64,000 bases of DNA, taken from the NCBI GenBank assembly GCA_905233945.1, contig CAJOFY010000020.1:11320-75319 (forward strand), written 5' to 3'. Of this stretch, positions 42,902-52,641 are shown in pieces; positions within the stretch are counted from its first letter, which is position 1; each line of letters begins with the position of its first letter. Origin of the DNA: an uncultured bacterium. Its GTDB lineage: Bacteria > UBP6 > UBA1177. Below the pieces are notes generated by a model that worked only from the letters and a program-made list of their open reading frames with translations, was not told the DNA's origin and ran no database searches. The position numbers and the translations under genes were made by a program.

Positions 42902-44296
42902 CTATTTGTTCTGCTTGTTCAACATTTCGTTTATTGCGTTCGCGGCGGTTTTGCCGTTTGCCATCGCCAGAATTACGGTCGAAGCACCGCTTACCGCGTC
43001 TCCGCCTGCGTAAATATGCGGAACGTTTGTCGCGCATGTTTCGGGATTGACGACGATGCACCCTTTTTTGTTGAGCTCGAGCTCTCTGCAGTTGCTTGTC
43101 AGAGTTGGATTCGGGCTTGTTCCGGTGGCGAAAATGACGACTTCGCACTCCATCGTGACAGTTTCTTCGGTCTCGAAAATCCTGCTCCTGCCCCCTTCAG
43201 GATCGTCTTCAGCCCGCATTTTCCTGAAAACAATGCTTGAAACGCGGCCGTTGTCGCCCTCGGTGATTTCAACCGGGGAGATAAGGAACATCGTCTCGAT
43301 TCCTTCCTCGCGGGCATGGAGAAGTTCCTCTCGGCGTACCGGCATATCGGCTTCAAGTCTGCGGTAAGCCACGATGACGCGTTCGCTTCCGAGCCTCATT
43401 GCAACTCTGGCAGCATCCATAGCGACGTTTCCGCCGCCGATGACGACAGTGGTTTTTCCGACTGAAATCGGGGTTTTGCTCCAAAGTTTGCCGGCGTGCA
43501 TCAGGTTGGCGCGGGTCAGATATTCGTTTGCCGAATAGACACCCGGGAGATCTTCGCCCGGAATTTCCGGAAATGAGGGGACTCCGGCACCTGTTCCGAT
43601 ATATAATGCATCGTAATTGTTAAGGATTTCTTCAACGCTTATCGTTTTCCCGATAATCGTGTTCATTTTGAACTCAACGCCGTACTGCTTCAGGATCTTG
43701 ATTTCCTCGGCTACGATTTTGCGCGGCAGACGAAACGCAGGAATTCCGTAAGCCAGAACTCCGCCGGGTTCGTGCAGAGCCTCGAAAACAGTGACCTTGT
43801 GGCCGTGCAGAACCGACTGGTAAGCGCAGGAGAGACCGCCGGGGCCGCTTCCCGCAATTGCGATTTTTTTGCCGTTGGCCGCTTTGATTTCAGGCTGAGG
43901 AAGATCCCTTGAATAGTTGTCTGCAAGAAATCTTTCGATATTTCCGATAGATACCGGCGCATTGATCTTTGCCATCGTACAGTTTTTCTGGCACTGGCTT
44001 TCCTGCGGACAGACGCGGCCGCAGACAGCAGGGAGCGAATTGTCCTGCCTTATTACCTGCAGTGCTTCGACAAAACGCCTTTCTGCAGTGAGCTCCATCA
44101 CTTTCGGAATATCGATATTTACCGGACAGCCTTTGACGCACGGCGCGTCTTTGCAGCCGAGGCATCTCCACGCTTCTAGAATAGCAGAGTCTTCACCGTA
44201 ACCAACCGGAACCTCGTCAAAAGTCCTTTTTCTGAACTCCGGATCGAGCGTCGGCATGACCTGCGGCGGAATTTTTATTTTATCAGCCGGTTTCAT
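42902..44296 (-). CDS. GltD/SudA-like NAD(P)H-dependent oxidoreductase (glutamate synthase small-subunit family; 2x[4Fe-4S] + FAD/NAD Rossmann)
   Basis: N-terminal Cys clusters (CLGCKDAPCVKGCP), dinucleotide motifs IAIAGSGPGGLSCAY and VIGGGNVAMD; start moved to ATG after GGAGAG RBS. Confidence 0.75.
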   Translation of the reverse strand: MKPADKIKIPPQVMPTLDPEFRKRTFDEVPVGYGEDSAILEAWRCLGCKDAPCVKGCPVNIDIPKVMELTAERRFVEALQVIRQDNSLPAVCGRVCPQESQCQKNCTMAKINAPVSIGNIERFLADNYSRDLPQPEIKAANGKKIAIAGSGPGGLSCAYQSVLHGHKVTVFEALHEPGGVLAYGIPAFRLPRKIVAEEIKILKQYGVEFKMNTIIGKTISVEEILNNYDALYIGTGAGVPSFPEIPGEDLPGVYSANEYLTRANLMHAGKLWSKTPISVGKTTVVIGGGNVAMDAARVAMRLGSERVIVAYRRLEADMPVRREELLHAREEGIETMFLISPVEITEGDNGRVSSIVFRKMRAEDDPEGGRSRIFETEETVTMECEVVIFATGTSPNPTLTSNCRELELNKKGCIVVNPETCATNVPHIYAGGDAVSGASTVILAMANGKTAANAINEMLNKQNK

Positions 44297-44481
44297 TTTT
44301 CTCTCCTGAACAAGAAAAACAGCAACTGAATCGCTAATTAGCATTTTTAAGGGATATTTGAAAGTTTTTTGTGAAATCAGGCGGCATAACAGCGGATTCC
44401 TCTAAAAAATCACGTGAAATATTGACTAAAAATCTCTTTTTCCCTAAATTCCGGAGGTTTTTTAATTTTGGAGGTTGAATA

Positions 44482-46500
44482 ATGTCTGAAAATCAGGAAC
44501 AAATCAAAGGGATTCCGGAGAATGCGTTCAGGGAACTCAAGGAAGGCGAGGTTTTCGAGCCTCTGATGTCCCCTAAGAAAATTTATCCCGAAATCACGGC
44601 ATGGTCGGTAGTCTGGGGTCTTGTCATGGCTGTCGTTTTCTCGGCTGCCGCTGCCTATCTCGGACTTAAAATCGGTCAGGTTTTCGAGGCTGCGATTCCG
44701 ATTGCAATCATCGCGATAGCTCTTTCCACGCTTTTCAAGAGGAAAAACGCTCTCGGCGAGAACGTAATAATCCAGTCGATCGGCGCATGCTCGGGCGTTA
44801 TCGTCGCAGGTGCGATCTTCACTCTTCCGGCTCTTTACATTCTTCAGGCAAAATACGGTGAAGAGGCTATACAGGTCGATTTTATCCAGATTTTCTTTTC
44901 ATCGCTTCTCGGCGGATTTCTCGGAATCCTTTTCCTTATTCCGTTCCGCAAATATTTCGTTGCCGATATGCACGGAAAATACCCGTTCCCTGAAGCGACC
45001 GCTACGACTCAGGTCCTTGTCAGCGGCGAGAAGGGCGGAAACCAGGCGAAAGTTCTTCTTATCGCAGGTCTTATCGGCGGTCTTTACGACTTCATAATCG
45101 CTACTTTCGGTGCATGGTCTGAAACTGTTACAACCAGAATAATCGGCCTCGGTGAAACTTTGGCAAAAGACTATAAACTTGTGTTCAAAACGAATACCGG
45201 CGCCGCCGTAATGGGTCTCGGCTATATCGTCGGCCTTAAATATGCCGCAATCATCTGCGCCGGCTCCTTCATCGGCTGGTTCGTAATAATCCCGATAATC
45301 GCCTACTTTGCAAACGGTATGACACAGCCGGTCGGAGCAAACATCACTCTGACGATCTCACAGATGTCGCCTGAACAGATTTTTGCCAGCTATGTCCGTC
45401 CTATCGGTATCGGCGGTATCGCAATGGCCGGAATGATCGGAATCTGGCGTTCAAAAGGAATCATTCTTCAGGCTTTCGGACTTGCTGTCAGGGAGCTCGG
45501 CGGCAAAGGTGGCGACAAAAAAGCTGAAGTTCTGAGAACTCAGAAGGATATTTCAATGAAAATCATCGCTTTCGGCGTTCTTGCTCTCACAATTCTTGTT
45601 TTCGTATTTTTCCAGTTCGGCGTTGTCCATAATCTGACTCACACCATAGTAGGACTTGCGATAGTTATGGTTATTGCTTTCCTCTTCACGACAGTTGCGG
45701 CAAACGCGATCGCGATCGTCGGCTCGAACCCTGTTTCGGGCATGACGCTTATGACTCTTATAATCGCTTCATTCATCATGGTCGCGGTAGGACTTAAAGG
45801 ACCTGCCGGAATGGTTGCAGCGCTTGTCATCGGCGGCGTTGTCTGCACCGCTCTTTCGACTGCCGGCGGCTTCATCACAGACCTCAAAATAGGCTACTGG
45901 CTCGGCACATCGCCTTATAAACAGGAAACCTGGAAGTTCCTCGGCGTTCTCGTTTCGGCTGCTACTGTCGGCGGCGTAATCATGGTTCTCAACAAAACCT
46001 ACGGATTTACCGGCGACAACGCTCTCGTTGCTCCGCAGGCAAACGCGATGGCGGCTGTAATCGAGCCTCTTATGACCGGCGGCGAAGCTCCATGGATGCT
46101 TTACGGCGCAGGTGCGGCACTCGCGCTCATCCTCACTTCAATCGGTGTTCCGGCGCTTGCTTTCGCACTCGGCATGTTCATTCCGCTCGACCTAAACGTT
46201 CCGATACTTATCGGCGGCTTTATCAATGAAATCGTAATCACGCGCTCGAAAGACGAAAAACTCAACAACGCGCGTCAGGAACAGGGCACCCTCATCGCTT
46301 CCGGTTTCATTGCAGGCGGTGCGCTGATGGGAGTCGCGGCGGCAATAATCAAATTTGCGGGCTTTGACTTTTTTGAAATGGTCCCGGCAATGAAAGACTG
46401 GGCTGATTCAAACGGCGCCCAGTGGCTTGGAATAGCTATGTTCCTTATTCTCTGCGGCTATATGATCTGGCACTCTCTCAAAGCGAAAGTCGAAGAATAA
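44482..46500 (+). CDS. OPT superfamily oligopeptide transporter
   Basis: 672 aa, about 16 predicted TM helices, glycine-rich helix motifs typical of the OPT/YgL family. Confidence 0.7.
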   Translation: MSENQEQIKGIPENAFRELKEGEVFEPLMSPKKIYPEITAWSVVWGLVMAVVFSAAAAYLGLKIGQVFEAAIPIAIIAIALSTLFKRKNALGENVIIQSIGACSGVIVAGAIFTLPALYILQAKYGEEAIQVDFIQIFFSSLLGGFLGILFLIPFRKYFVADMHGKYPFPEATATTQVLVSGEKGGNQAKVLLIAGLIGGLYDFIIATFGAWSETVTTRIIGLGETLAKDYKLVFKTNTGAAVMGLGYIVGLKYAAIICAGSFIGWFVIIPIIAYFANGMTQPVGANITLTISQMSPEQIFASYVRPIGIGGIAMAGMIGIWRSKGIILQAFGLAVRELGGKGGDKKAEVLRTQKDISMKIIAFGVLALTILVFVFFQFGVVHNLTHTIVGLAIVMVIAFLFTTVAANAIAIVGSNPVSGMTLMTLIIASFIMVAVGLKGPAGMVAALVIGGVVCTALSTAGGFITDLKIGYWLGTSPYKQETWKFLGVLVSAATVGGVIMVLNKTYGFTGDNALVAPQANAMAAVIEPLMTGGEAPWMLYGAGAALALILTSIGVPALAFALGMFIPLDLNVPILIGGFINEIVITRSKDEKLNNARQEQGTLIASGFIAGGALMGVAAAIIKFAGFDFFEMVPAMKDWADSNGAQWLGIAMFLILCGYMIWHSLKAKVEE

Positions 46501-46522
46501 CACTCTGACGGAGTAGGTTTCT

Positions 46523-48313
46523 ATGTTCCAGAAAAGCAAAAAATTTCTGATTCTCTTTTTCATCATCGCTGCTGTTGCCGCAGCGGTATTGCTCAGTAAA
46601 GGCGAGGAAAAGAGAAAGATCCCCGAAAAGGATATTGTCGTGATTTACACGAACGATATCCACACGTACATCAAAAACCGTGACATAAACGATGAAAAGA
46701 AGGCAAAGAACCTATCTTACTCGGCTCTATCGGCTTTAAAAGAAGAGGTTGCGGCGCAGGGAAAGGAGGTGATTCTCGTTGATGCCGGAGACCACATCCA
46801 GGGAACGGCTTACGGCGATATGGACAAGGGAGCGACGATAATCCAGATGATGAACGAAACAGGATATGACATCGCAACTATTGGCAACCACGAGTTCGAT
46901 TACGGCATTGCAAGAATTTTTGAACTGGTAAACAAAGCGGAATTCACCTATCTTTCATGCAATTTCTACAAAACAGATGACGGAAAACTTGTTCTTCCGG
47001 CTTACGAAATCGTTGAAAAAGGCGGCCTGAAAATAGCATTTATCGGCATTTCCACACCTGAAAGCATCACGAAGTCAACTCCAACTTTCTTCATGGACAA
47101 GGACGGGAATCTGCTCTACAACTTCTATTCCGGCGAAGACGGAAGCGATCTTTACAGCGCGGTTCAGAAAGCTATCGACGAAGCCAAACCGCAGGCTGAT
47201 TATGTCATCGCGCTTGGACACTTGGGAGTTGATCTTTCGTCAGTTCCTTACACGAGCCGCGAGGTCATTCAGCATACTCACGGACTTGATGCATTTATCG
47301 ACGGTCACTCGCACACACTCATAGAACACGAATATGTTCCGGATTCAAAAGGAAATGAAGTGCTTCTGACACAAACCGGCGCATATTTTAAAGGTATTGG
47401 TGTAATGACTATCGCCAAAGACGGCACGATATCGACCGAAGTTCTGCACGAATACGACAGACAGAACGAATTTGTCACCGAAACAGAGCTAGGCTGGATA
47501 AAGACGATCGATGAAAAATTAGGTGAGAAAATCGCAGTTCTCGACACAAAAATGTTCGTCATGGATCCGAAAAATCCGACTCAGAGAATCGTCAGATGTC
47601 AGGAAACCAATCTCGGTGATCTTACTGCCGATTCATTTTACTATTACTTCAACGAAAAGCTGAAACTCGACTGCGATATCGCCTTTTCAAACGGCGGCGG
47701 AATCAGGAACGGCATAAATCCCGGCGATGTTTCGTATTTTTCGGCAAAAACAGTTTTCCCGTTCGGAAACCAGCTCTGCGTAGTCGAAGCGACTGGACAG
47801 CAGATTCTCGACGCTCTCGAAAAAGGGGCGATGTTTGCAGGAATCTACGACGAATCGAAGCATGTTCCGGCTGAATCGGGCGGATTTCTCCACGTGGCCG
47901 GCATGAAATACGAAATCGACTCCACGGTTGACTCAACTGTCCGGATCGACGGAAACGGAATCTGGCTCGGCGCTCCGACAGGAAAGTACAAAGTCGGAAA
48001 CGTTCAGGTCTACAACCGCGAAACCGCCGAATACGAGCCTCTGGATCCTGAAAAAAACTACCGTCTTGCAGGCGCAAACTACATTCTCAAGAATTTAGGC
48101 GACGGAATGGCGATGTTCAAGGGGATAGTCCCGGTTCTCGACTTTGTCGGCGAGGACTACATAATTCTGTCCGACTACTTCAAGTCGTTCAAAAAAGGGA
48201 AGGACAAGTTTCCGCACATCTCAACCGAAAACAGTCCGCTCAAATCCTACAAAAACTACCTTCTCGACTATGAAAACCCGTTCGGATCGGGAAGAATCGA
48301 AATCAACAAATAA
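46523..48313 (+). CDS. Bifunctional metallophosphatase/5'-nucleotidase (UshA-like), signal-anchored
   Basis: Calcineurin-like motifs (DIHTYI, DAGDHIQG, GNHEFDYG) and 5'-nucleotidase C-terminal substrate-binding domain. Confidence 0.8.
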   Translation: MFQKSKKFLILFFIIAAVAAAVLLSKGEEKRKIPEKDIVVIYTNDIHTYIKNRDINDEKKAKNLSYSALSALKEEVAAQGKEVILVDAGDHIQGTAYGDMDKGATIIQMMNETGYDIATIGNHEFDYGIARIFELVNKAEFTYLSCNFYKTDDGKLVLPAYEIVEKGGLKIAFIGISTPESITKSTPTFFMDKDGNLLYNFYSGEDGSDLYSAVQKAIDEAKPQADYVIALGHLGVDLSSVPYTSREVIQHTHGLDAFIDGHSHTLIEHEYVPDSKGNEVLLTQTGAYFKGIGVMTIAKDGTISTEVLHEYDRQNEFVTETELGWIKTIDEKLGEKIAVLDTKMFVMDPKNPTQRIVRCQETNLGDLTADSFYYYFNEKLKLDCDIAFSNGGGIRNGINPGDVSYFSAKTVFPFGNQLCVVEATGQQILDALEKGAMFAGIYDESKHVPAESGGFLHVAGMKYEIDSTVDSTVRIDGNGIWLGAPTGKYKVGNVQVYNRETAEYEPLDPEKNYRLAGANYILKNLGDGMAMFKGIVPVLDFVGEDYIILSDYFKSFKKGKDKFPHISTENSPLKSYKNYLLDYENPFGSGRIEINK

Positions 48314-48367
48314 ATAGGCATCAGATTCCTTCCTGCGGACTGATACGCAGCAATCCGGACCGGCTGA

Positions 48368-48395
48368 TTTTTATTCTGCGCTGCCTCGGCAGTTT
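48368..48395 (+). terminator. Putative intrinsic terminator after the 5'-nucleotidase gene
   Basis: Short GC hairpin (CTGCC..GGCAG) followed by TTTTTTG, plus T6GCCGC-A8 palindrome. Confidence 0.35.
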
Positions 48396-48483
48396 TTTGC
48401 CGCAAAAAAAATTTTATTTTTGAAGTGTTTTAGTATTATTCCGCCGTTGACAGTTTAACAAATAGCTTCCAGGGAGGTGAGAG

Positions 48484-48969
48484 ATGGCAGGCATTGGAAA
48501 AGACTGGGCTGTTAGAGGTAAAACTGCAGTCGGGGTCGAAAACAGAATCTATTTTTTGGGTGAAATTTTTTGGACTGAGCGTGAGCCGTGGAAAACGACA
48601 TGTTACGGTAGAAATCCGAACAAGCCTCTCAGGGCGGCCATGGTGGCAGTCAAAAGTTCGAATTTCGGTAGAGTTACGATGATTCCAGGATCTTCGCAGT
48701 TTTCCGAGGGAGAGTGGAAATTCACACCTGAGGAGATATTGAACAACACTTCGCAGAAAGGGATTGTAGGAACCTACGACCTGGATTATATCAGAGGAAT
48801 AGACAGGTGGTTTATCGAAGGCGATTACAACTATACCAACAAAAGCGAAAACTGGAAATCTGTTGTGAAGGACAAAAATCCGGGTTTTATCGGTACCATC
48901 AGCACGAAAGATAAACAAAGACTTGCTGATATGGTTGTGAAATATATGAAAAAGGGAGAGACAAAATGA
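48484..48969 (+). CDS. Uncharacterised protein A (first gene of the cas-linked operon)
   Basis: 161 aa; GGAGGTG RBS; no recognisable domain; stop overlaps next start (ATGA). Confidence 0.5.
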   Translation: MAGIGKDWAVRGKTAVGVENRIYFLGEIFWTEREPWKTTCYGRNPNKPLRAAMVAVKSSNFGRVTMIPGSSQFSEGEWKFTPEEILNNTSQKGIVGTYDLDYIRGIDRWFIEGDYNYTNKSENWKSVVKDKNPGFIGTISTKDKQRLADMVVKYMKKGETK

Positions 48970-50063
48970 ATATGTGGGATTTTATTTTAAAGCTCCGGAA
49001 TAAGGAATGTCCTGACGATATGAATGAAATGCTGAACTTTTGGACGGAAGCACTCTGCAAGGACAAGAACATCCGCGGATGGTTCCGCAATGCAGTTCAA
49101 TTAAAAGAGGATTATGTCAGGGCAGCTGTAATCGATGTTATGATATCGGCAGGGAAAAAAGAGGACGAGAATGAAAAAAACAAGGACCGTTTTAGATCGT
49201 TCATAGAACAACATATTGATACAGAAGATGAGGCGGCGCGGGAAGAGAAAATAAAAAGCGATTTTTATAAAGCGGTCTACAACAAGGTTTGGGGGATGGT
49301 ATTTGTAAGAAAAAAGGGTGATCCGAGTGAAGAATCAGAAGAATCAGAAAAACAATGTGAATATAAAGAGCCGGCCTTGAATGCAGTCTCTATAGATTAC
49401 ACTCCTGACGAGAATGAAAAAAATATGGAACAGAAACACAAAGAACTTCAAGAGATGGGTTTTGAGGATAAATTCTCCTGCGATCAGATTATGGAGCTTG
49501 TTGACACGGAAATCTTTGATAAAGTTGTGGATTTTATTGAGAAAAAAGACGCATGGGGGCATTATTCCAAGTTTAAGGATAAAAAATTCCCCATTTATTT
49601 TCACAATCCCAAGTTTGTGGACATCAAAACATGCAATGACATTGACAAGCTGTCGTGGACGAAAAATGTCATGAAAAATCTTTGTCTGGATGACGAAGGA
49701 AAATATGCCAAGGATTTCATTCTTTTTATGCCGTGGGAAAAATATCCTGTAAAAAGCGGAGGGAAATATACATCGGAAGAATATATAGAGTATATGAAAT
49801 CCCAATATATAAAATCCCGTATAGAAGAAAAATTTGAAGAGCTGAATCTGAACGATTCAACGATAAGCGATCATCTAAGAGGGGAACAAGGTGTGGAAAA
49901 AGAGTTCCACCGCCTTCTTGACGAGAAAAAGCTGACAAGCAAAGATATTCATGCTTATTGCTATAAAGAGTTTGAAGATATAATCAGGGAAAATTTTAAG
50001 GAAAGGATGCCTGATATAATTGATTTGGAAGATTTGGAAGAAGATTCGGAATTTTCCGATTAG
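48966..50063 (+). CDS. Uncharacterised protein B (cas-linked), acidic C-terminal tail
   Basis: 365 aa; Lys/Glu-rich, ends EDLEEDSEFSD; translationally coupled to gene A. Confidence 0.5.
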   Translation: MNMWDFILKLRNKECPDDMNEMLNFWTEALCKDKNIRGWFRNAVQLKEDYVRAAVIDVMISAGKKEDENEKNKDRFRSFIEQHIDTEDEAAREEKIKSDFYKAVYNKVWGMVFVRKKGDPSEESEESEKQCEYKEPALNAVSIDYTPDENEKNMEQKHKELQEMGFEDKFSCDQIMELVDTEIFDKVVDFIEKKDAWGHYSKFKDKKFPIYFHNPKFVDIKTCNDIDKLSWTKNVMKNLCLDDEGKYAKDFILFMPWEKYPVKSGGKYTSEEYIEYMKSQYIKSRIEEKFEELNLNDSTISDHLRGEQGVEKEFHRLLDEKKLTSKDIHAYCYKEFEDIIRENFKERMPDIIDLEDLEEDSEFSD

Positions 50064-50116
50064 TTCCACTTTAGGGAAATGTAGAGATGATATTTTTGTG
50101 CTGTTGGAGATAAATA

Positions 50117-51289
50117 ATGAACAAATTCGCAAACAAAGAAAGAATCAAAAAAATTGCTGAAACTTATGCAAGAGAAATGTATCTGTGGGGCGATCCTTTT
50201 GAGGCGCCCAGTGTTCCGCCGGAAGATGTTATCAGGAAATTCATGAAGAACCCGGAAGAGCTGGAACCTGATCTTGTCCGCCAGATAGAGACTGATATAA
50301 ACTGCGGAGCCGCTGTTAAAAAACTTGAAATTTGTGATGCTGATCCGGCACTCGAAGAAAATATTCAGATCTCCGGAGAGGAAATACGCAAGGCGCTTGA
50401 ATCGATGAAACATCCTGAAACTAAAATGGATTTTCCTTGCAAGGGCGGTGTTTTCTATACAAAAAGCAAACTCAAGGTGTTTGATGATGCAAAAGGAAAA
50501 AACTATAACATTTATACTTTCCTTCCTCAGGCTGTTCTGCTTCTTAGTGACGAAAAAAGAAAATCGTGCGGAACGAGACTCTTCAGGTGCGCAGTTGTAA
50601 CACCCGATTTCGCGGGTGGAGCCGTTGACGGTCAGGATATGGACCTTGGAAACGGCTGGATTCTCCACAAATGGCTGTGTTTTCCTGTAAGTTTCGAGCA
50701 GCTTGACTGTGAAAGAAAAATGGCTGATGTAGAAAACATTGATAAAATCGCCGAAGAGGTCAACAACTATTTCTTTTCTGAACACGAAATGACGTGCTAC
50801 GGCAGGAAAGAACAGAGACTCTCGGCGATGTCGGATTATGTTCCGGCTATGGCTGATGCCGATGTGGCAAGAGCTGAATGGCAGGCGGAACACTCCGTAT
50901 CTTTCGACACTATACAGGCTTATACAAAAGAATCTTTCAGGAAAGCTGCTGATACCGACGAGGATGTCAGCCGACTTGTTGTCAGAAGAGGTGAAAACGC
51001 CGTTGCGAAATCTTTTGAAGCGGAACTTGATGTAATAATTGATATCAATGCCGACAACTGTGATAGAATTGTAAAAGAGAAGGCATTTCCGACATGGACT
51101 ATTGATAAAGATGCAAATATTCCGGATGGAACTGTTTTCCTGCTGCGGGATGTCAGAAACGGAAACACGATCGGTTCAGGAGAAATAAGTCGCGGCGTGG
51201 CATGGCTCGAGCGTCTTGTTCCGGAGGCTGTTACGATTTCCGTAACTGACGCATCACAAGTAGTTCTGGAGGTTTATCTTCCATGTTAG
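50117..51289 (+). CDS. Uncharacterised protein C (cas-linked)
   Basis: 390 aa; no recognisable motif; overlaps gene D start by 7 nt. Confidence 0.5.
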   Translation: MNKFANKERIKKIAETYAREMYLWGDPFEAPSVPPEDVIRKFMKNPEELEPDLVRQIETDINCGAAVKKLEICDADPALEENIQISGEEIRKALESMKHPETKMDFPCKGGVFYTKSKLKVFDDAKGKNYNIYTFLPQAVLLLSDEKRKSCGTRLFRCAVVTPDFAGGAVDGQDMDLGNGWILHKWLCFPVSFEQLDCERKMADVENIDKIAEEVNNYFFSEHEMTCYGRKEQRLSAMSDYVPAMADADVARAEWQAEHSVSFDTIQAYTKESFRKAADTDEDVSRLVVRRGENAVAKSFEAELDVIIDINADNCDRIVKEKAFPTWTIDKDANIPDGTVFLLRDVRNGNTIGSGEISRGVAWLERLVPEAVTISVTDASQVVLEVYLPC

Positions 51290-52641
51290 TAAAAATTTTT
51301 GATTCCGCTCATACTGGAATGAGCCGAAGTCAGTTTCTTCGTTTTTTTTTCAAAGATTTCCCTTATGAAGCAAAAGACTTTGAATCGACAAATTTCGAAG
51401 AATCACCCGAAAATCCTGAATTGCGCGACTTGTTTACAGATCTGGGTTCGCTTTCGCTTCTGATGATCAAAAACAAAGAAGAAAACGATGAAATCCGGAA
51501 ATTGAAGGCGTTTTTCAAAGATAAAATCCCTTTTCAGCCGTGTAATAAAACCAAATTTGAAGATCTAGACAAGCGGAGATTCTCCGCAGTGTTTTTCCCG
51601 ATAGAGACAGGAGCTGATCCTGAATGGGGAATGTGCGTCAGAAGTGATGCAGGCGACACTTTCTTCTTTGATTCAAAAGACTGCGAATGGAAATCCGGAT
51701 GGAGCGGTGACGGAGATTCATATAAACTCGCTGCGGCACTTGCGAAAGAACTTCTTGAATCGGATTTGCCGGAACGGGATGAACATATTTTCAAAGCTGC
51801 GCAGGACTGGATTGTCACAGGCAGCGTAGATGGAAAAGGGAAAGTCGGCAAAGTAGCTCTCGGCGGCAAACTAAGGCTCAGAACAAAAAAGAGTTTTATG
51901 ATTCCATTGGAAAATATTGCCACCCTTTCGGATGAAGAGAGAAAAAGGGATTTGTTTTCAGTAGATGAGATCTCGACGGCGATGAATCTGATTACAAGAA
52001 ACGGTGTGAAACCGCTTGTCGAGCGCGAATTTCCTCTGGAAGTTGATGAACTTCACATTCTTGTCGGTGCGGCTCTTGCTCCGCAGGTAGCTTCCGTCGT
52101 GCTTCTGAATGCAAAAAAAATTATACTCTGGCACTCGGAAAATTCCAAAGTAAATGCAGATGAAATGTGTGAAATCGCCCGAAAATTAAAGGGAATTGTC
52201 CCTGAAAAGCGCAAAATGTCGTCTTCATCCCTGCTTGATGCCGAAAAGGAACTCAAAAAGTATTTCGCTTACGGCAAGATTTCGCCTCAGGCACGGATTT
52301 TTTTCAATTTCACGAGCGGAAACAGACTCATGGCGATGGCAGTCCAGTCAGTGGCAAGACTTTATCACAATGTAGAGATGATTTACCGCGATATAGATGA
52401 AACCGACAAAAAAAAGGAGGCTGAAGAGAGCCGTCTTATGACATTCAATCTTCTGCAGTACAGCGAATTCCCCCCTCTTTACGGTAAAATATACGGAACT
52501 GTAAGGAGCGGACTTGATGTCAATTTTCTGCGGAACGGCAAAAGAGAAACTGCAAAGAACGTCAATTTTCAGCAGAACGAAGAAACTGAATATAAGGACG
52601 GAGAGGATTTTTTAAATAAACTGATAAAAAAGGAGAAGTGA
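51283..52641 (+). CDS. Uncharacterised protein D (cas-linked), possible Rossmann-like sensor domain in C-terminal half
   Basis: 452 aa; stop abuts the cas10 start (52641/52642); C-terminal region (ELHILVGAALAPQVASVVLLNAKKIILWHS) has a beta-alpha Rossmann-like pattern, but assignment to the CRISPR-associated Rossmann fold (CARF) is unproven. Confidence 0.45.
   Translation: MLVKIFDSAHTGMSRSQFLRFFFKDFPYEAKDFESTNFEESPENPELRDLFTDLGSLSLLMIKNKEENDEIRKLKAFFKDKIPFQPCNKTKFEDLDKRRFSAVFFPIETGADPEWGMCVRSDAGDTFFFDSKDCEWKSGWSGDGDSYKLAAALAKELLESDLPERDEHIFKAAQDWIVTGSVDGKGKVGKVALGGKLRLRTKKSFMIPLENIATLSDEERKRDLFSVDEISTAMNLITRNGVKPLVEREFPLEVDELHILVGAALAPQVASVVLLNAKKIILWHSENSKVNADEMCEIARKLKGIVPEKRKMSSSSLLDAEKELKKYFAYGKISPQARIFFNFTSGNRLMAMAVQSVARLYHNVEMIYRDIDETDKKKEAEESRLMTFNLLQYSEFPPLYGKIYGTVRSGLDVNFLRNGKRETAKNVNFQQNEETEYKDGEDFLNKLIKKEK

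Noticed and set aside
48396-48483. Sigma70 promoter for the cas-linked operon (TTGACA at 48447-48452)
   Set aside because: No acceptable -10 hexamer lies at a 16-18-nt spacing. A promoter must exist here, but it cannot be pinned down by eye.
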